A DNA stretch of 64,000 bases from Monodelphis domestica (Eukaryota), in contig NC_077233.1 in the NCBI RefSeq assembly GCF_027887165.1, positions 136,113,080 to 136,177,079 on the forward strand, in the 5' to 3' direction. Shown here in pieces: positions 1 to 11,144 of the stretch (position 1 is its first letter; each line of letters opens with the position of its first letter). A model generated the notes under the pieces. It was not told the DNA's origin. It did not search any database and saw only the letters and a list, made by a program, of their open reading frames with translations. Position numbers and translations under genes: made by a program.

Positions 1-299
1 ACATACACCCTATATACTCCAGTCAAACTGGATAACCTGCTGTTCCCCAAATATAACTTGTCATTTCCTTCCTTCACATCTTTACTTCTGGTAGTCAATG
101 TATTCTACCTACGTCCTCCCCCTCCTCCTTCCCATCCCACCAACCCAAGTTTCTTGACATCCTCCTACATCTTCAAGGTGATGCTCAAATGTCATCCTTT
201 CCATGAAGCCTTTCTTGGTCCCCAAATGTACAGAACTATTCCCTCCTGAATCCCTGTGGTCCTCCGTAGGAAGTCCTTGTACCTCTTACATTTTGCCTT

Positions 300-600
300 G
301 TACTATAGTTATTTGCATACATGTCTTACCTCCCCTACTAGAGTATAAGCTCCACGAGGGCAGGCGCTGTGTCTTAGTCATCCTTGTATTCCCACAACGC
401 CAAGCAGAGTGCATTGTGCACAGTGCATTGTGGGTTCAAGTTCTGGCTCCGCCACTTACTAGCTGTGAAACCATGGGCAAGTCACTTAACCTCTCTGAGC
501 CTCAGTTTCCTCATCTGTAAAATGGGGATAATACTACTTGCACTATCTATCTCACAGGGTTATTGTGAGGAAAGTGATGTGTAAACTTTGAAGCACTATA
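300..600 (+). repeat. MIR-family SINE (mammalian-wide interspersed repeat)
   Basis: MIR core ...agtataagctccacgagggcagg... ...gggcaagtcacttaacctctctgagcctcagtttcctcatctgtaaaatgggg... Confidence 0.7.
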
Positions 601-707
601 AAAATGTGAGTGGTTATTATTATTGCACACACTAACTGCAACAAATATCCACTGAATGAATGGATGAGTAAGTGATTGTGATCCTTAGCTAGGAAAGAGT
701 TGCTCAC

Positions 708-875
708 CTCCTCCTCCTCAGGGACTTCAGCGCTGGGGCCATTCTGTGCTTCCTGGAATAAGATCTTCTTCATTTTCCGATATTGGAGGTTATCTAGCTC
801 TCGAACTGCATCCTTGGTCCTCTGGATCAAATCCATAATCACTGTGGGAGGTCGTTCTCGGAGCACAAATCGGTG
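708..875 (-). CDS. TAOK2: TAOK2 coding exon 10 ([56 protein letters not shown]), phase 0 to 0
   Basis: Minus-strand translation matches TAO kinase 2 residues about 293-348. AG acceptor is rc of 876-877; donor gtgagc is rc of 702-707. Length 168 nt. Confidence 0.9.
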
Positions 876-1201
876 CTAAAGGAAGAAGCGAGTGTGAAAG
901 CTGGCCATTTACTTCTCTCCCTTCCTCTCCCCTCCCTTTCTGAAAAGCAGGCAACCTAAACACCAGACTCTAACTTCCTTTCCTATCAATAAAACTCCTA
1001 GCATTTTCCTTCTATAGAACTCAGTAGTTCTTGCCTGCCCTAACTCAGGCTCCCTTCCCAAAAGGGACATCTCCTCACCAAGTTCATCCATGCTTTCTGG
1101 CCTCTAACTTCCAGCTCTCCAAATCAGGTCTTGACCCTGAAATGAGACTCCATCCTGCATCTGTCTCACTCCCCTAGTCTATACCCCCTAAAAATCTTCA
1201 C

Positions 1202-1283
1202 CTTGAGCAGCACATCTGAAGTTGGTCTATCTTGAGGAATTTTCTGAAGACAAGAGTCAACAAAATTTCGGAAGTACTCAGAC
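1202..1283 (-). CDS. TAOK2: TAOK2 coding exon 9 ([28 protein letters not shown])
   Basis: rc translation matches TAOK2. AG is rc of 1284-1285; donor gtgaag is rc of 1196-1201. 82 nt, phase 2 to 0. Confidence 0.9.
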
Positions 1284-1391
1284 CTGGAAGAATGAGGCCC
1301 AGTGTGAAACTCACTCGATATAGTTCTCTATGGCAGTTACTTCTCCACTCCCCAAAAACTTGCCCCATCTTGTAAAAAAACCATTTTCTCA

Positions 1392-1851
<460 letters not shown>

Positions 1852-1917
1852 TTAAACCCTCTCCTACCTATTTCTATACTTTAGCTCTGTCTCTAAACCT
1901 CCAACTTTGCCTCTTAC

Positions 1918-2031
1918 CAGTATGGAGTGCCCACAAAGGAGTTGGCAGGTGCCATGATGGAAGCTGAGCCAAAGTCCCCTAGCTTGACCAAGCCTGGTTC
2001 TGACAACAGGATGTTCCCAGCCTTCACATCC
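1918..2031 (-). CDS. TAOK2: TAOK2 coding exon 6 ([38 protein letters not shown])
   Basis: rc translation carries the kinase subdomain VIb-VIII motifs (HRDVKAGN, DFG, GTPYWMAPE). AG is rc of 2032-2033; donor gtaaga is rc of 1912-1917. 114 nt. Confidence 0.92.
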
Positions 2032-2132
2032 CTGCCACAGGTAAAGAATGTCAAACAAAATTTAATGGGATGTCTGAGTTGGGAGGGGAAGATAAAAAAG
2101 ATTTCATGGGTGTAGTCAGGGATGATACATAC

Positions 2133-2229
2133 CTGTGGATCATATTGTGAGAGTGTAAATAGGCCAGGCCCTGTAGTGCACCATGGGTTACAGCTGCAAT
2201 CTCTACCTCCTGAAGGGGTTTCTTGTGCA
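2133..2229 (-). CDS. TAOK2: TAOK2 coding exon 5 ([33 protein letters not shown])
   Basis: rc translation matches TAOK2. AG is rc of 2230-2231; donor gtatgt is rc of 2127-2132. 97 nt. Confidence 0.92.
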
Positions 2230-2440
2230 CTAATGATAATGATGAAGACAATTCACATTTATAATGGGTTTTTAGGTTTACAAAATGTCTGGAAAGCCAA
2301 AGAAGGAGCCCCAAGAGGGGCCTTCCTTGTCTCTCAGGTACCCCATGTCATCCCAACTTCTCATCCTTTTTCTTTATGGTTTTAATATACTTTAGCCTTC
2401 CATCTTTTCTCAGATTCCCCTCATTAGTATGACCACTCAC

Positions 2441-2486
2441 CTTCTAGAAGGTCAGAGGCAGAGCCCAGGCAATACTCCATCACCAG
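2441..2486 (-). CDS. TAOK2: TAOK2 coding exon 4 (LVMEYCLGSASDLLE)
   Basis: Short 46-nt exon. AG is rc of 2487-2488; donor gtgagt is rc of 2435-2440. It restores frame between the flanking exons. Confidence 0.85.
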
Positions 2487-2973
2487 CTAAGGAAAAAGTC
2501 AAGAGTTAGAGGCAAGCTGGGTCATTTAGTCTCTGTGATTCAAATCTTAACTATGGTCTGCACAGTTCCAAAGAAAACGACAAAGTGTCTTTTATACTAA
2601 GAATTATGTCTCCTTACTAGCATTTCCCATTCAAACCCTAATCCTTCTGACAACCTGCTTGTCTCACTTCATAAAAAACTTTACCTGAGTATTCTCACTC
2701 CTCTCTTGATCTATTACATTCTTAGGCTTTATCATTCATCTTGATACTTAATATTTCAATTTAAGTTTTTCACCTTATCTACTCAACTATACTGTAAACT
2801 CTGTAGGACCAGGAACCATGAACATATTTCTTTTTTGTCATTACTACATTCGCACCCACTACCCCAACACTAATATCACACAAAAGTTGTTCACAAATTT
2901 AACTTGGTTAAGTGAGACTGAGCCAGATGGAAAGCCAAATCTAGAAATTAGCGGATGGAAAGTCACTGTTTAC

Positions 2974-3075
2974 CCAAGCAGTATGTTCCCTCAGGTAACA
3001 GCCTCGGTACTGGATGGTATTTGGATGCCGAAGCTTCTGCAGAAAGCGCACCTCCTTGATGATATCTTGCCATTT
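2974..3075 (-). CDS. TAOK2: TAOK2 coding exon 3 ([34 protein letters not shown])
   Basis: rc translation matches TAOK2-specific residues ([18 protein letters not shown] versus the TAOK1 equivalent KFLQRIKHPNSIEYKGCY). AG is rc of 3076-3077; donor gtaaac is rc of 2968-2973. 102 nt. Confidence 0.92.
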
Positions 3076-3241
3076 CTAGGAGAATGATCAAGTTAGAAGA
3101 TTAAATATAGGGAAGCAGATGGGGGAGAGGAGGTGTCATTCATAGGTCCATGACCTCAGAGCCCTAGTTGCTGTTTCTATCCATAACCCCCCCCCATACA
3201 CATATACACTCTGTTATCCCACCCCCCAAGATTCTACCTAC

Positions 3242-3313
3242 CTCATTAGACTGCTTCCCACTATAGGACATCTTCTTGATGGCAACAACCTCACTGCTCC
3301 GGACATCACGAGC
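3242..3313 (-). CDS. TAOK2: TAOK2 coding exon 2 (ARDVRSSEVVAIKKMSYSGKQSNE)
   Basis: rc translation. AG is rc of 3314-3315; donor gtaggt is rc of 3236-3241. 72 nt, phase 0 to 0. Confidence 0.92.
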
Positions 3314-3556
3314 CTAGAGGGCCGTAGGGTTGTAAGGGTAGGGTTCTGCAATAGGGCCAGGACCCCAGGAGAAAACTAGGAAGGAGGCGAAACAGTGGGA
3401 GGATGGGCTAAATTAGCTGAGGGGCAACAGGATGACATCCTGGGAAAGAATTTTAGCATAAGCCTGAGAGAGATCAGGAGCCTAAGGAATTGGGAAGGGA
3501 AATAAGGAAACAGCATAGCACAAAGTGACAAGGTGGGTTGGGAAAAGCCCACTCAC

Positions 3557-3688
3557 AAAGTAGACAGCTCCAAAACTGCCATGGCCAATCTCCCGGAGAT
3601 CAGAAAATAATTTTTCAGGGTCATCTTTGAAGAAGAGTTCAGCCACATCTGGATCCTTCAGGCTTCCAGCCCGGCCCCCTGCCGGCAT
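3557..3688 (-). CDS. TAOK2: TAOK2 coding exon 1 with the start codon ([44 protein letters not shown])
   Basis: ATG is rc of 3686-3688. The 44 codons match the TAOK2 N-terminus including the glycine loop GHGSFGAV. Donor gtgagt is rc of 3551-3556. The exon probably extends 5' to an acceptor near 3723 (ctctag). Confidence 0.93.
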
Positions 3689-5580
3689 GTCGGCCCCGTG
3701 GGGGATGGGGATCGGGGCCCAGCCTAGAGTATAGAAACAGTCTTGGAAACAGGTACTTGCATTGCCCAGGAAGAAAGAAGGATGGGTAGAAGGAGGTGGG
3801 TGGAGAGGGTAGGTGGGGAAATCTTCAGAACAGGAACATGACCCCAGGTCTCCATCTCCTCCCCCACTCCTTTGTTGAGGGCAAGGCACTGTTGAGGACC
3901 AGCAGGGGCAGAGTGGAAACCAAATTTAAACACCAAAAAAGAAGTTGTCATGGCAACGGAAGTGTGGGGGGGGGGGAGTGAAGGGAGATGGTCCTAGAGT
4001 TCATAGAACTGCTGGGAAGGTTCCTCAAATCCTAGAGCTTAAAACCACTACCCCAACTCAGCTCTCTTTGCCACCCTGCTACTAAGATCTCTGTCCCCTA
4101 AAGATCTGGGAATCCCATTTCCCAATTCCCAGTTCCAAGTTCTAGGTCTTTTCCCTCCACAGCCCTGGCTCTTCCCTTCTTTCCCAAAAGCTGTTCAGCT
4201 ACCCTTCTACTTCTGCTCTCTGCACCACTCCCTCAACTCCCCCCCCCCCCCCCCATACTCTGGAGGAGAACAGGAAGTGGCCAGGCCGGACACTGTGGAA
4301 ATCCGGCCATTGTCAAACCAATATTCACTGGGGATTAGGGGTGGGAAAGCAAAGAAAGGGTTCTAGAAACAAGCATGTAATGGTCAAATCACAGATCTAA
4401 AACCCAGACTAGCTTTCTAAATTCTCCATAATCTGAGCCTACATCACTTACCCAGCGCAAGTTTATCTCTCACTATTCTCTAGGAAGCACTTTCTACTCC
4501 AGTCAAGCCAGTTTCTGCACTGTCCCTAATCTGGACCCAGTTCAAGTCCCACCTCCTAAATAAGAAGCCTTTCTGGCCACTCCAACCATCAATGTCCCAT
4601 CTTCTCTAGTCTTAGAACACTTATAATCTATACCACACAATGTGGAACTTGATTATATTCTTGTATTATTCTCTCATGTAATGTCAGTTCTCCATTTCCC
4701 CAGACCAGATTATCAACTCCTCTAGGCATGAAGCATGTCCCATCTTCTGAAGCCCCCACGGCATTTAGCACAGGACTGAAAATACAGATGGTTCTGTTCA
4801 AAGATATTTTAACTAATTCAGCTTCATATATAGTATAAATTAAAGCCCAAGTTCATTTCTCTTAGTGTTCCCCACTAAGGGCATCCTCCACTTGCCCCAC
4901 AAGTGAAGGTTCAATTTGCAATATTGAGCTTGATATTTTCTTAGGTGGAGGGGTGCCAAACAAGTCTCAATCCTTACAGCTATCCATCATTATTAGAGAA
5001 AAGATACCTTCTCTTTGTCCCTAAAAGCTCCTCTCTCCTAGCCTGAGAGTAATGTCACCAAAACTATAAGTAGGTTGAGTCGTTAGCAAGTGAAAATTAA
5101 TTTCTCCCACCCCAACCTCCCCCAAATTACTCTGAACACAGTGACCCACAGCCTAAGGATGCCAACAAAACTACCAGTAGGTCTGGTGATTAGCCAAGTG
5201 AAAATTAGATTCCTCCTAGGAATCACAGAATTCAGCTCCTAGCAGTGCTTGGCACATAATATATATTTAAATGCTGACTGATTGGTTGACAGAATGTAAG
5301 GTCCTCAAGAGCAGAAAATATTTTGGTTTTGTATTCACAGCTCCTAGTACAGTGCCTGGCACATAGTAGGATCTTAATATTTGTTGGATTGAATTAAGAT
5401 AGTGAGGCAAAGGCCATTTAAAGATGGAAGCCAAATATGGGAGCAGGAAAGTATAAGAAGGCCAAGGTCTCCAAATTGCCCACCACAGTACAGATAACCC
5501 TTCTATCTATCTAGGGAAGGAGGATGGCAAGGAAAAACCAGAACTGAAACTCTCATCTCAACCTTCTTAAAGTACACCTA

Positions 5581-5780
5581 AGGGGTCAGCTGGGTGGCTG
5601 AGTGGATTGAGAGCAAGACCTAGAGATCGGAGGTCCTAGGTTCAAAGCTGGCCTCAGACGCTTCCTAGCTATGTGACCCTGGGTGACTTAACCTCCATTA
5701 CCTAGGCCTTACCACTCTTTTGCCTTGGAACCAATACACAGTACTGATTTCAAGACAGAAGGTAAGGGCTTAAAAAAAAA
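5581..5780 (+). mobile_element. MAR1-type tRNA-derived marsupial SINE with A-rich tail
   Basis: ggggtcagctgggtggctgagtggattgagagc...ggttcaaa...ctagctatgtgaccctgggtgacttaacc... and a 3' A-run. Confidence 0.75.
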
Positions 5781-6449
5781 GGAAATAAAGTACACCTGAC
5801 CTCTTACCTCCCTGTGCCCATCCTAAGCCTTATGATGCCAAATAAAAAGAGATAAAGATTGAAACTAATTTGGAAAGTACAAGAGTACTTACAAGAGTAC
5901 CCCTACATTTACTCCCTTCCTTTAATGTAAAGAGACAAGACCTCCAAATACTACTTCCTTAAAGGGCAGTATGGAAGCAGGTGACTCACACAACCAAAGG
6001 CATCAAACAAATCAGAAATCTATCCTGTGCTTCAAGAATTGGTTTAATCACAGGACAGAGGGATAAAACAAAAGATGACACACATCACTTATGCCTTTAT
6101 AAATGCTGTCACTTGAACCCCACATTGAGGTGAAGGGGTCCCTGCAATCTCCAGACAGAACTGTCACAAGATATCAGCACCTTGAAAGCAAGAGTGCCTT
6201 CTCAGACGCAAACCCTAGGATCCAGGGATTCTGCCGTCAGGGTAGGAGATGGGAACAAGAGAGGGGCCCAACCTACCCTTCCCTCAGGGGGGCGCTCCCT
6301 CCCTATGACAAGTACTAGTAACTCATTTGGGTAGCGATTTAGGATTTGTAAAGTGCAATGCGCTTTCCTCACAATAACCATTAGGGCTAAGTAGCATATT
6401 TTACAGATGGGGAAATCGTGGTCCTAAGAGAACGAGAGACCTGCTTACA

Positions 6450-7700
6450 ATCACACACACAACTAGTTATGGCTTTAATCAGTAAACCTAAGCCTAGCTT
6501 CCCCCACTTCCCCTCAAAGTGCAGCTCGCTGCCTGCCACACACTGCTCATCACCTGCGGAGTGGGGGTTTCTCACCTGGAGGGGGTCTCTATGGTCCCCC
6601 AGCGTCTCCGCCGTCGCCTCCTCCTGGGGTCCTCCAGTGGCTCCGGGGTCGCTGGGAGAGGGGGAAGGAGATTCCCCACCCTCTCGCTGCCTACTCCTCG
6701 GCTTCGCCCCGATCCCAGGCTGAAGCGGGGGCGGGAGGAGAGCAAGGGAGCCCCCTCCCCGGCCCCCACCTCCACGGGCGATAGGAGGGAGCACCTGACA
6801 CCCCTCAACCACCGATGTCCTCTCGGGGATGTTCGGGTGGTGAATGACAAGCCGGCGAGTTTCTCCTGGCCGACCCCCCCACCCCCGGGTGCGCCGTCGG
6901 GCGGCTGCAGCCGGGGCTGAGGAGCGGGTGACAGTCCCGCGACCCCCACCTCCGCCCCGGCTTCCTCCTTCCCCCTCTCTCCACCAGGGGGAGGCGGGAA
7001 AGGCTGGAGCTGACCCTGCCCGCCCCTCCCTCCCTGCCTCCTTCCTTCCCTCGCCGGCTCCCTCCTGCTACTGCTGCGGCTGCTGCCCCCGCGTTCTGCC
7101 AGACCGCACAATCTTCTCCCCGTTCCCTTCTCTTCCCTTCCTTCGGCCCGTCTGCCTGTCTAGCCCTCGGCGACGGTTCCTCTCTCAGACCTCGCTCGCC
7201 TTCTCCTTCTCCCTCCCTCTCCCTCTCCCTCTCTCTCGCTTCCCCCCAATTCCAAGATGGTGGCCGGGCGGGATCGCGCAGGCGCGGTAGGTGATACCGG
7301 GCCAAAGTGGGAGGGGCTCGGAGGGAGGAGCTCTGAATGAAACCTCCCTCCCGCACCCGCCATCCTCGCCGCCACAGCAGGGATCTAGCACCCTTAAAGC
7401 CAAGGCCGCCCGGAGTGCGCGCGCGCCTCCGCCACGCGGACTCCGGATGGGAGGAGGCTGGAAGGGGGCGGAGCCTGGAGTGCCAACCCCACCTTGCCCT
7501 TCCCTCTCCCCCCCCCACCAATCTTTGGCGGGCGGGGAAAGGGGAGATGGTAAGAGACCGTCAGGTCGCATGCGCTCACCCCACTCAGGTCTCTGCCTGT
7601 TGCTAGGGGAAGCTTTGAGAGGGCCGGGCTAGAATGAAATGGAGAGACTGCGATTTACGCCTGCGCGGAAGGCTTTGGGCGGGGTCAAACGAGGTGGCAG
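6450..7700 (-). promoter_or_regulatory. TAOK2: CpG island / TAOK2 promoter region
   Basis: Very high GC and CpG density, GC boxes, and a (CT)n tract at 7190-7245. It lies immediately 5' of the TAOK2 exons on the minus strand. Confidence 0.7.
6577..7300 (-). other. TAOK2: Putative TAOK2 non-coding exon 1 (5'UTR) within a CpG island. The 5' end (TSS) is not determined.
   Basis: CpG-rich, with no ORF consistent with TAOK2. A consensus donor CTCCAG|gtgagaaac (rc of 6568-6583) lies about 2.85 kb upstream of the ATG exon acceptor. Position is inferred by analogy to the human gene structure. Confidence 0.35.
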
Positions 7701-8698
7701 GCCCGAGTGCCTGGGGAAGAAAAAGGCGGGAAAGTGAGCTACTCTGAAGTTTCTAGACCATCTGGACAAGTTAAGAATGCCAAAGAACGAAAGGAATCAA
7801 ATGAATGCCTGAACTGTTCTAATCCGACCCTTTCCTCTTGTTTTGCAGAGCAATAAACTGTGGCTATGGGAGTGCTGGCACTAAAATTTCAGTTCTTTCC
7901 TCCATCCCACATGGGAAAGAGTTTTACAAATCTTAAATTGTTCTACAAATTCTAGCTATTATGACTATTGTCATCAAGTGTTGTATCCCATATCCCCAGG
8001 GAGTCATTCCTGCCCAAAGAGCAGGGGGTAACCCAGATCCTCCAAGTGGAGAAAAAATCATGTCTGCACTTTCTAGACTAGCCCTGTCCCTATGAATATA
8101 CTCACAAAAACAACATCTTGGACTCACAGTAGAGATGAGAAATATTTTTAATGGTCCTCAGCCCCCCTTTTAGTTCCCCTCTCCCATCTGATCCAACTCA
8201 AGGGGCTGAGATGAGCCTACAGAACAGGAATCACAGACCTAGGGAAAGAAAAATAGATTAGATTAGAAACTCCTTAAGGATAGTTAAGGGTTCGCTTTTA
8301 TATTGTAGGCACCTAGTTCACAGGGTCTTGAATATAGAATCAATGCTTAAGGTATGTTTAATGGGGGCAGGAAGGAAGTAGTACTTGGGGTATTTGGGGA
8401 AACAAGTAGATCCGGTATAGGATCACTAACGAAAGCCTGGAGAAGAGAAGGATAATGCTTTATCAAGTGCATTTTGCATTTACCATGGGTCTGCTGTTAT
8501 TTTTCTTTGTTAATTCAGGTCCATATGTTCAAACATTTTACAGTTCCTGTTTCCATACAGGAATTGAAACAGGGAAAGTCAAAATCAGAGAATGAATTTG
8601 TCTTCAATGTCCTATTCCCAAGTCTCTTCTACTCACAAAATCCTATGTCTTTGTTCTTACCATATGCAATGATGCACACAGTAAGCATTCGATAAATG

Positions 8699-8704
8699 TT
8701 TATT
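8699..8704 (-). terminator. TMEM219: Candidate TMEM219 poly(A) signal (AATAAA)
   Basis: tttatt on the plus strand, about 140 nt 3' of the stop codon. It is the only canonical hexamer nearby. Confidence 0.4.
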
Positions 8705-8841
8705 GAATGTATAAACCTCCAGTGGTGGAATTTGACACCATAATCCTCATTCTTCCCTTGCTGAGTTGAACATGAAAGATTAGGAGAAAAGGGGACAGAG
8801 GCTCTTACCTGAAAGCAAAATATAGCCTGAAGCTGTTGGGT

Positions 8842-8979
8842 TTAGATATGGGTCCTTTGCCAAGATGTGTCAACACGTGGATGAGTACAGACTGCTGCAA
8901 AGCAGCATAGGAAACCACAGAAGAAGAGAAGAAAGCAGCTAAAGTAGAGAAGTCTGGACCCACACAAAGTAAGTTCGTC
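8842..8979 (-). CDS. TMEM219: TMEM219 coding exon 4, last exon (DELTLCGSRLLYFSCFLLFFCGFLCCFAAVCTHPRVDTSWQRTHI*)
   Basis: rc translation matches the TMEM219 C-terminal TM segment. AG is rc of 8980-8981; stop TAA is rc of 8842-8844. A candidate poly(A) signal AATAAA is rc of 8699-8704. Confidence 0.85.
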   Translation of the reverse strand, partial: DELTLCGSRLLYFSCFLLFFCGFLCCFAAVCTHPRVDTSWQRTHI

Positions 8980-9231
8980 CTGTAGGTTGGTAGAATAGAG
9001 GAAGAAAAAAACCAATGAGGTTATTTCCCCTCCTAGACAACAATGAATTAGGAGAGGAGTTAACCCTCCCCAACCAGTGGGATTTTAAAGGGGAGGGGTA
9101 GTTAGTTGAGAAAGAGGAAGTAGGTCATAAACCCAAATAGAGTAAAAAGAAATAATTCAGGGAATACAAACAAGGAAAATTCACAAGGGGTAAGGGTAGG
9201 GAGATAAAAAGAGTTAGTCTAGGTCTCTTAC

Positions 9232-9476
9232 CTGAGTAAGTTGTTTGGTGAGAATAAGGCCCTCATGGCTCCAGACCTCATAACATTCCTCTTCTGGCTT
9301 GGAACTCTCAATGGCATATGTGTTTGCAATATCTCCCTCACCTTCCTCTAAGCAGGACATGGGTGGGGGGTTGGAAGGCAGAATTCTGGGGGCTGAACTA
9401 AAAACCAGGCAAGTCTCAGGAGTTCTATGTACTGACATCCTGGCTGTGATCAATACTAGCTCCTCTGCAGAAGAAC
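9232..9476 (-). CDS. TMEM219: TMEM219 coding exon 3 (SSAEELVLITARMSVHRTPETCLVFSSAPRILPSNPPPMSCLEEGEGD...WSHEGLILTKQLTQ)
   Basis: rc translation matches human TMEM219 (QLVLITARVTTERTAGTCLYFSAVPGILPSSQPPISCSEEG...VWSHEGLVLTKLLT). AG is rc of 9477-9478; donor gtaaga is rc of 9226-9231. 245 nt. Confidence 0.88.
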
Positions 9477-9696
9477 CTGGAGGGAAGAACAGGAGATAGG
9501 AGAAAATAGGAACTCAAAAAAAAGCAGATTTTAAGAAATTGGTGGAATACTCTTCTCTATACACACCAATACAATTAGATGTGTGTTCAATTGTTAATAT
9601 TCAATATTCAGTCTAATGCATTAAAAAAAAAAACCTCAATATTTATTTAAAGCCAAGAGACCATACAACCCAATCCCCATTAACACTATGTTACTT

Positions 9697-9895
9697 TGGG
9701 GCAACCATTTTGGCTCAGTGGATAAAGCCAGGGTGAGTCCTGGGTTCAAATCTTGCCTCAGATACTTTCTAGCTGTGTGATCCTGGGCAAGCCACTTAAT
9801 TCCAACTGCCTGGCCCTTAACACTCTTCTGTCTTGGAAACAATATTTAATACTGACTCTGAGACAGAAGGTAAGGCTTTTTAAGAAAACAAACAA
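9697..9895 (+). mobile_element. MAR1-type SINE
   Basis: Same consensus (ggctcagtggataaagcc...tgggttcaaatc...ctagctgtgtgatcctgggcaagccacttaa). Located in TMEM219 intron 1. Confidence 0.75.
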
Positions 9896-10239
9896 AAAAG
9901 AAAACACTGTGTTACTTTTCTTTTCTTATTGGAATCATGTAATCATAGAATATCAGAACTAGAAGGAATTTTGGACATTACCTGATTTAACCCTCTCATT
10001 TCACATCAGTGGAAATGGAGACTTAGAAAAACGAAGATTTTTAGAGTTGAAGAAATAAGGCTCAAAGAGGCTGTGACTGGCCCATATCATACAACCAGAC
10101 AGTGGCAGAGCTGGGATGATTCCACAAGTTTCCTCTTCTAATCTTATTAATAAGTTCTTTCAAACTATAATTTGGAAAAATACTTTTATATCCACCAAAT
10201 AACCTAGCACACAGTAGCTTCTTAACCAACACCATGACT

Positions 10240-10560
10240 CAGTGTGGTATAATGGAAAGCACTTCTGACTGATAAGAAATCCAGATTTTTAGATTTGAGT
10301 AAGACACATCTTTTCTCTGAACCTCCATTTTCATGCATGTAAAATGAGAAAGTTAGACTCAATGATGTCTAAGATCCCTTTTAGCTCTGACATTTTCTGA
10401 TTATTTGATGCCAAGAAGTAAAGGAAAGGAGCATAGTACTTCTAGGAAGAGAAGGCTTTCTCAAATTCCTCATCTGTAAAATGAAGATAATACCATTTGT
10501 CTGTCTTAAGGCTTCCTTCACAGGGTTTTAAGTGACAGGTAAGATAATGTATATAAAGGC
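10240..10560 (+). repeat. Two MIR-like fragments
   Basis: ...cattttcatgcatgtaaaatgagaa... and ...cctcatctgtaaaatgaagataatacc... MIR 3' cores. Confidence 0.55.
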
Positions 10561-10698
10561 ATCTTGAAAACTGTAAATTCAAATGTAAGGGATTGTTATT
10601 TCACATTCTTGGGAGAAACAGGAAAATGTTTCTAAGAAACCAAGGGAAAGGAAGAATCTCAGGTTATTTCTAAGTCTCTCATCATTTTCTTCTCTCAC

Positions 10699-10891
10699 CA
10701 CTAAGTCCCAGTTGGTGGCCATAGACAGTGGCCCGTAGTTGTTGAGTCCTATTCTTGATACCATCTCCTAGGTTTAAACTGGTCTTCAAGCTCACAGTAT
10801 GAAACTCGGGTCCAGGTGGTTTCCTTGTACCTGTCCTATTCCAAGGGCACAGAGTCAGCTGACCCAGAGATCTCATGAAGGAGACCCAATC
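10699..10891 (-). CDS. TMEM219: TMEM219 coding exon 2 (DWVSFMRSLGQLTLCPWNRTGTRKPPGPEFHTVSLKTSLNLGDGIKNRTQQLRATVYGHQLGLSG)
   Basis: rc translation matches TMEM219 (DWVSFLRSFGQLTLCPRNGT...). AG is rc of 10892-10893; donor gtgaga is rc of 10693-10698. 193 nt. Confidence 0.88.
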
Positions 10892-10979
10892 CTGTGTGCA
10901 GAAAGGTGGTGACAAGTTTGTAAAACCAAACAGACAGGAAAAATAGATCTGCAGAAATAATGATAGGGAGTGTTCTCAC

Positions 10980-11144
10980 CTGAGGGATATCAGGATTTCG
11001 AAGTCCATCACCATGATTAAGGATAAAACCACCAAGGCCTAGGCCCGAAGCCCCAAGTAGCACCAATGCAAGTGCAGCACAAACCAAAGGTGGACGATGT
11101 GACAGGCAAAGCTGCAGGTTCTCTCCTGCCTGCCAGCTGCCCAT
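10980..11144 (-). CDS. TMEM219: TMEM219 coding exon 1 with start codon (MGSWQAGENLQLCLSHRPPLVCAALALVLLGASGLGLGGFILNHGDGLRNPDIPQ)
   Basis: ATG is rc of 11142-11144. It matches human [55 protein letters not shown]. Donor gtgaga is rc of 10974-10979. The four exons sum to 741 nt (246 aa plus stop). Confidence 0.9.

Noticed and set aside
300-700. Possible additional TAOK2 exon (AEPYMHRAGTLTSLESS...) 3' of coding exon 10
   Set aside because: Minus-strand translation of 1-700 gives no match. The region is a MIR element plus unique intron sequence, so the next TAOK2 exon must lie beyond the window start.
6387-7632. Many overlapping 60-240-aa ORFs on both strands (e.g. 6805-7521 minus at 238 aa; 6572-7111 minus at 179 aa; 6844-7290 plus)
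   Set aside because: They lie in a CpG island, where stop codons are rare. The proteins are low-complexity R/G/P/S-rich with no recognisable domain. They overlap in all frames and both strands. This is typical of GC-rich promoter or 5'UTR sequence (the TAOK2 promoter).
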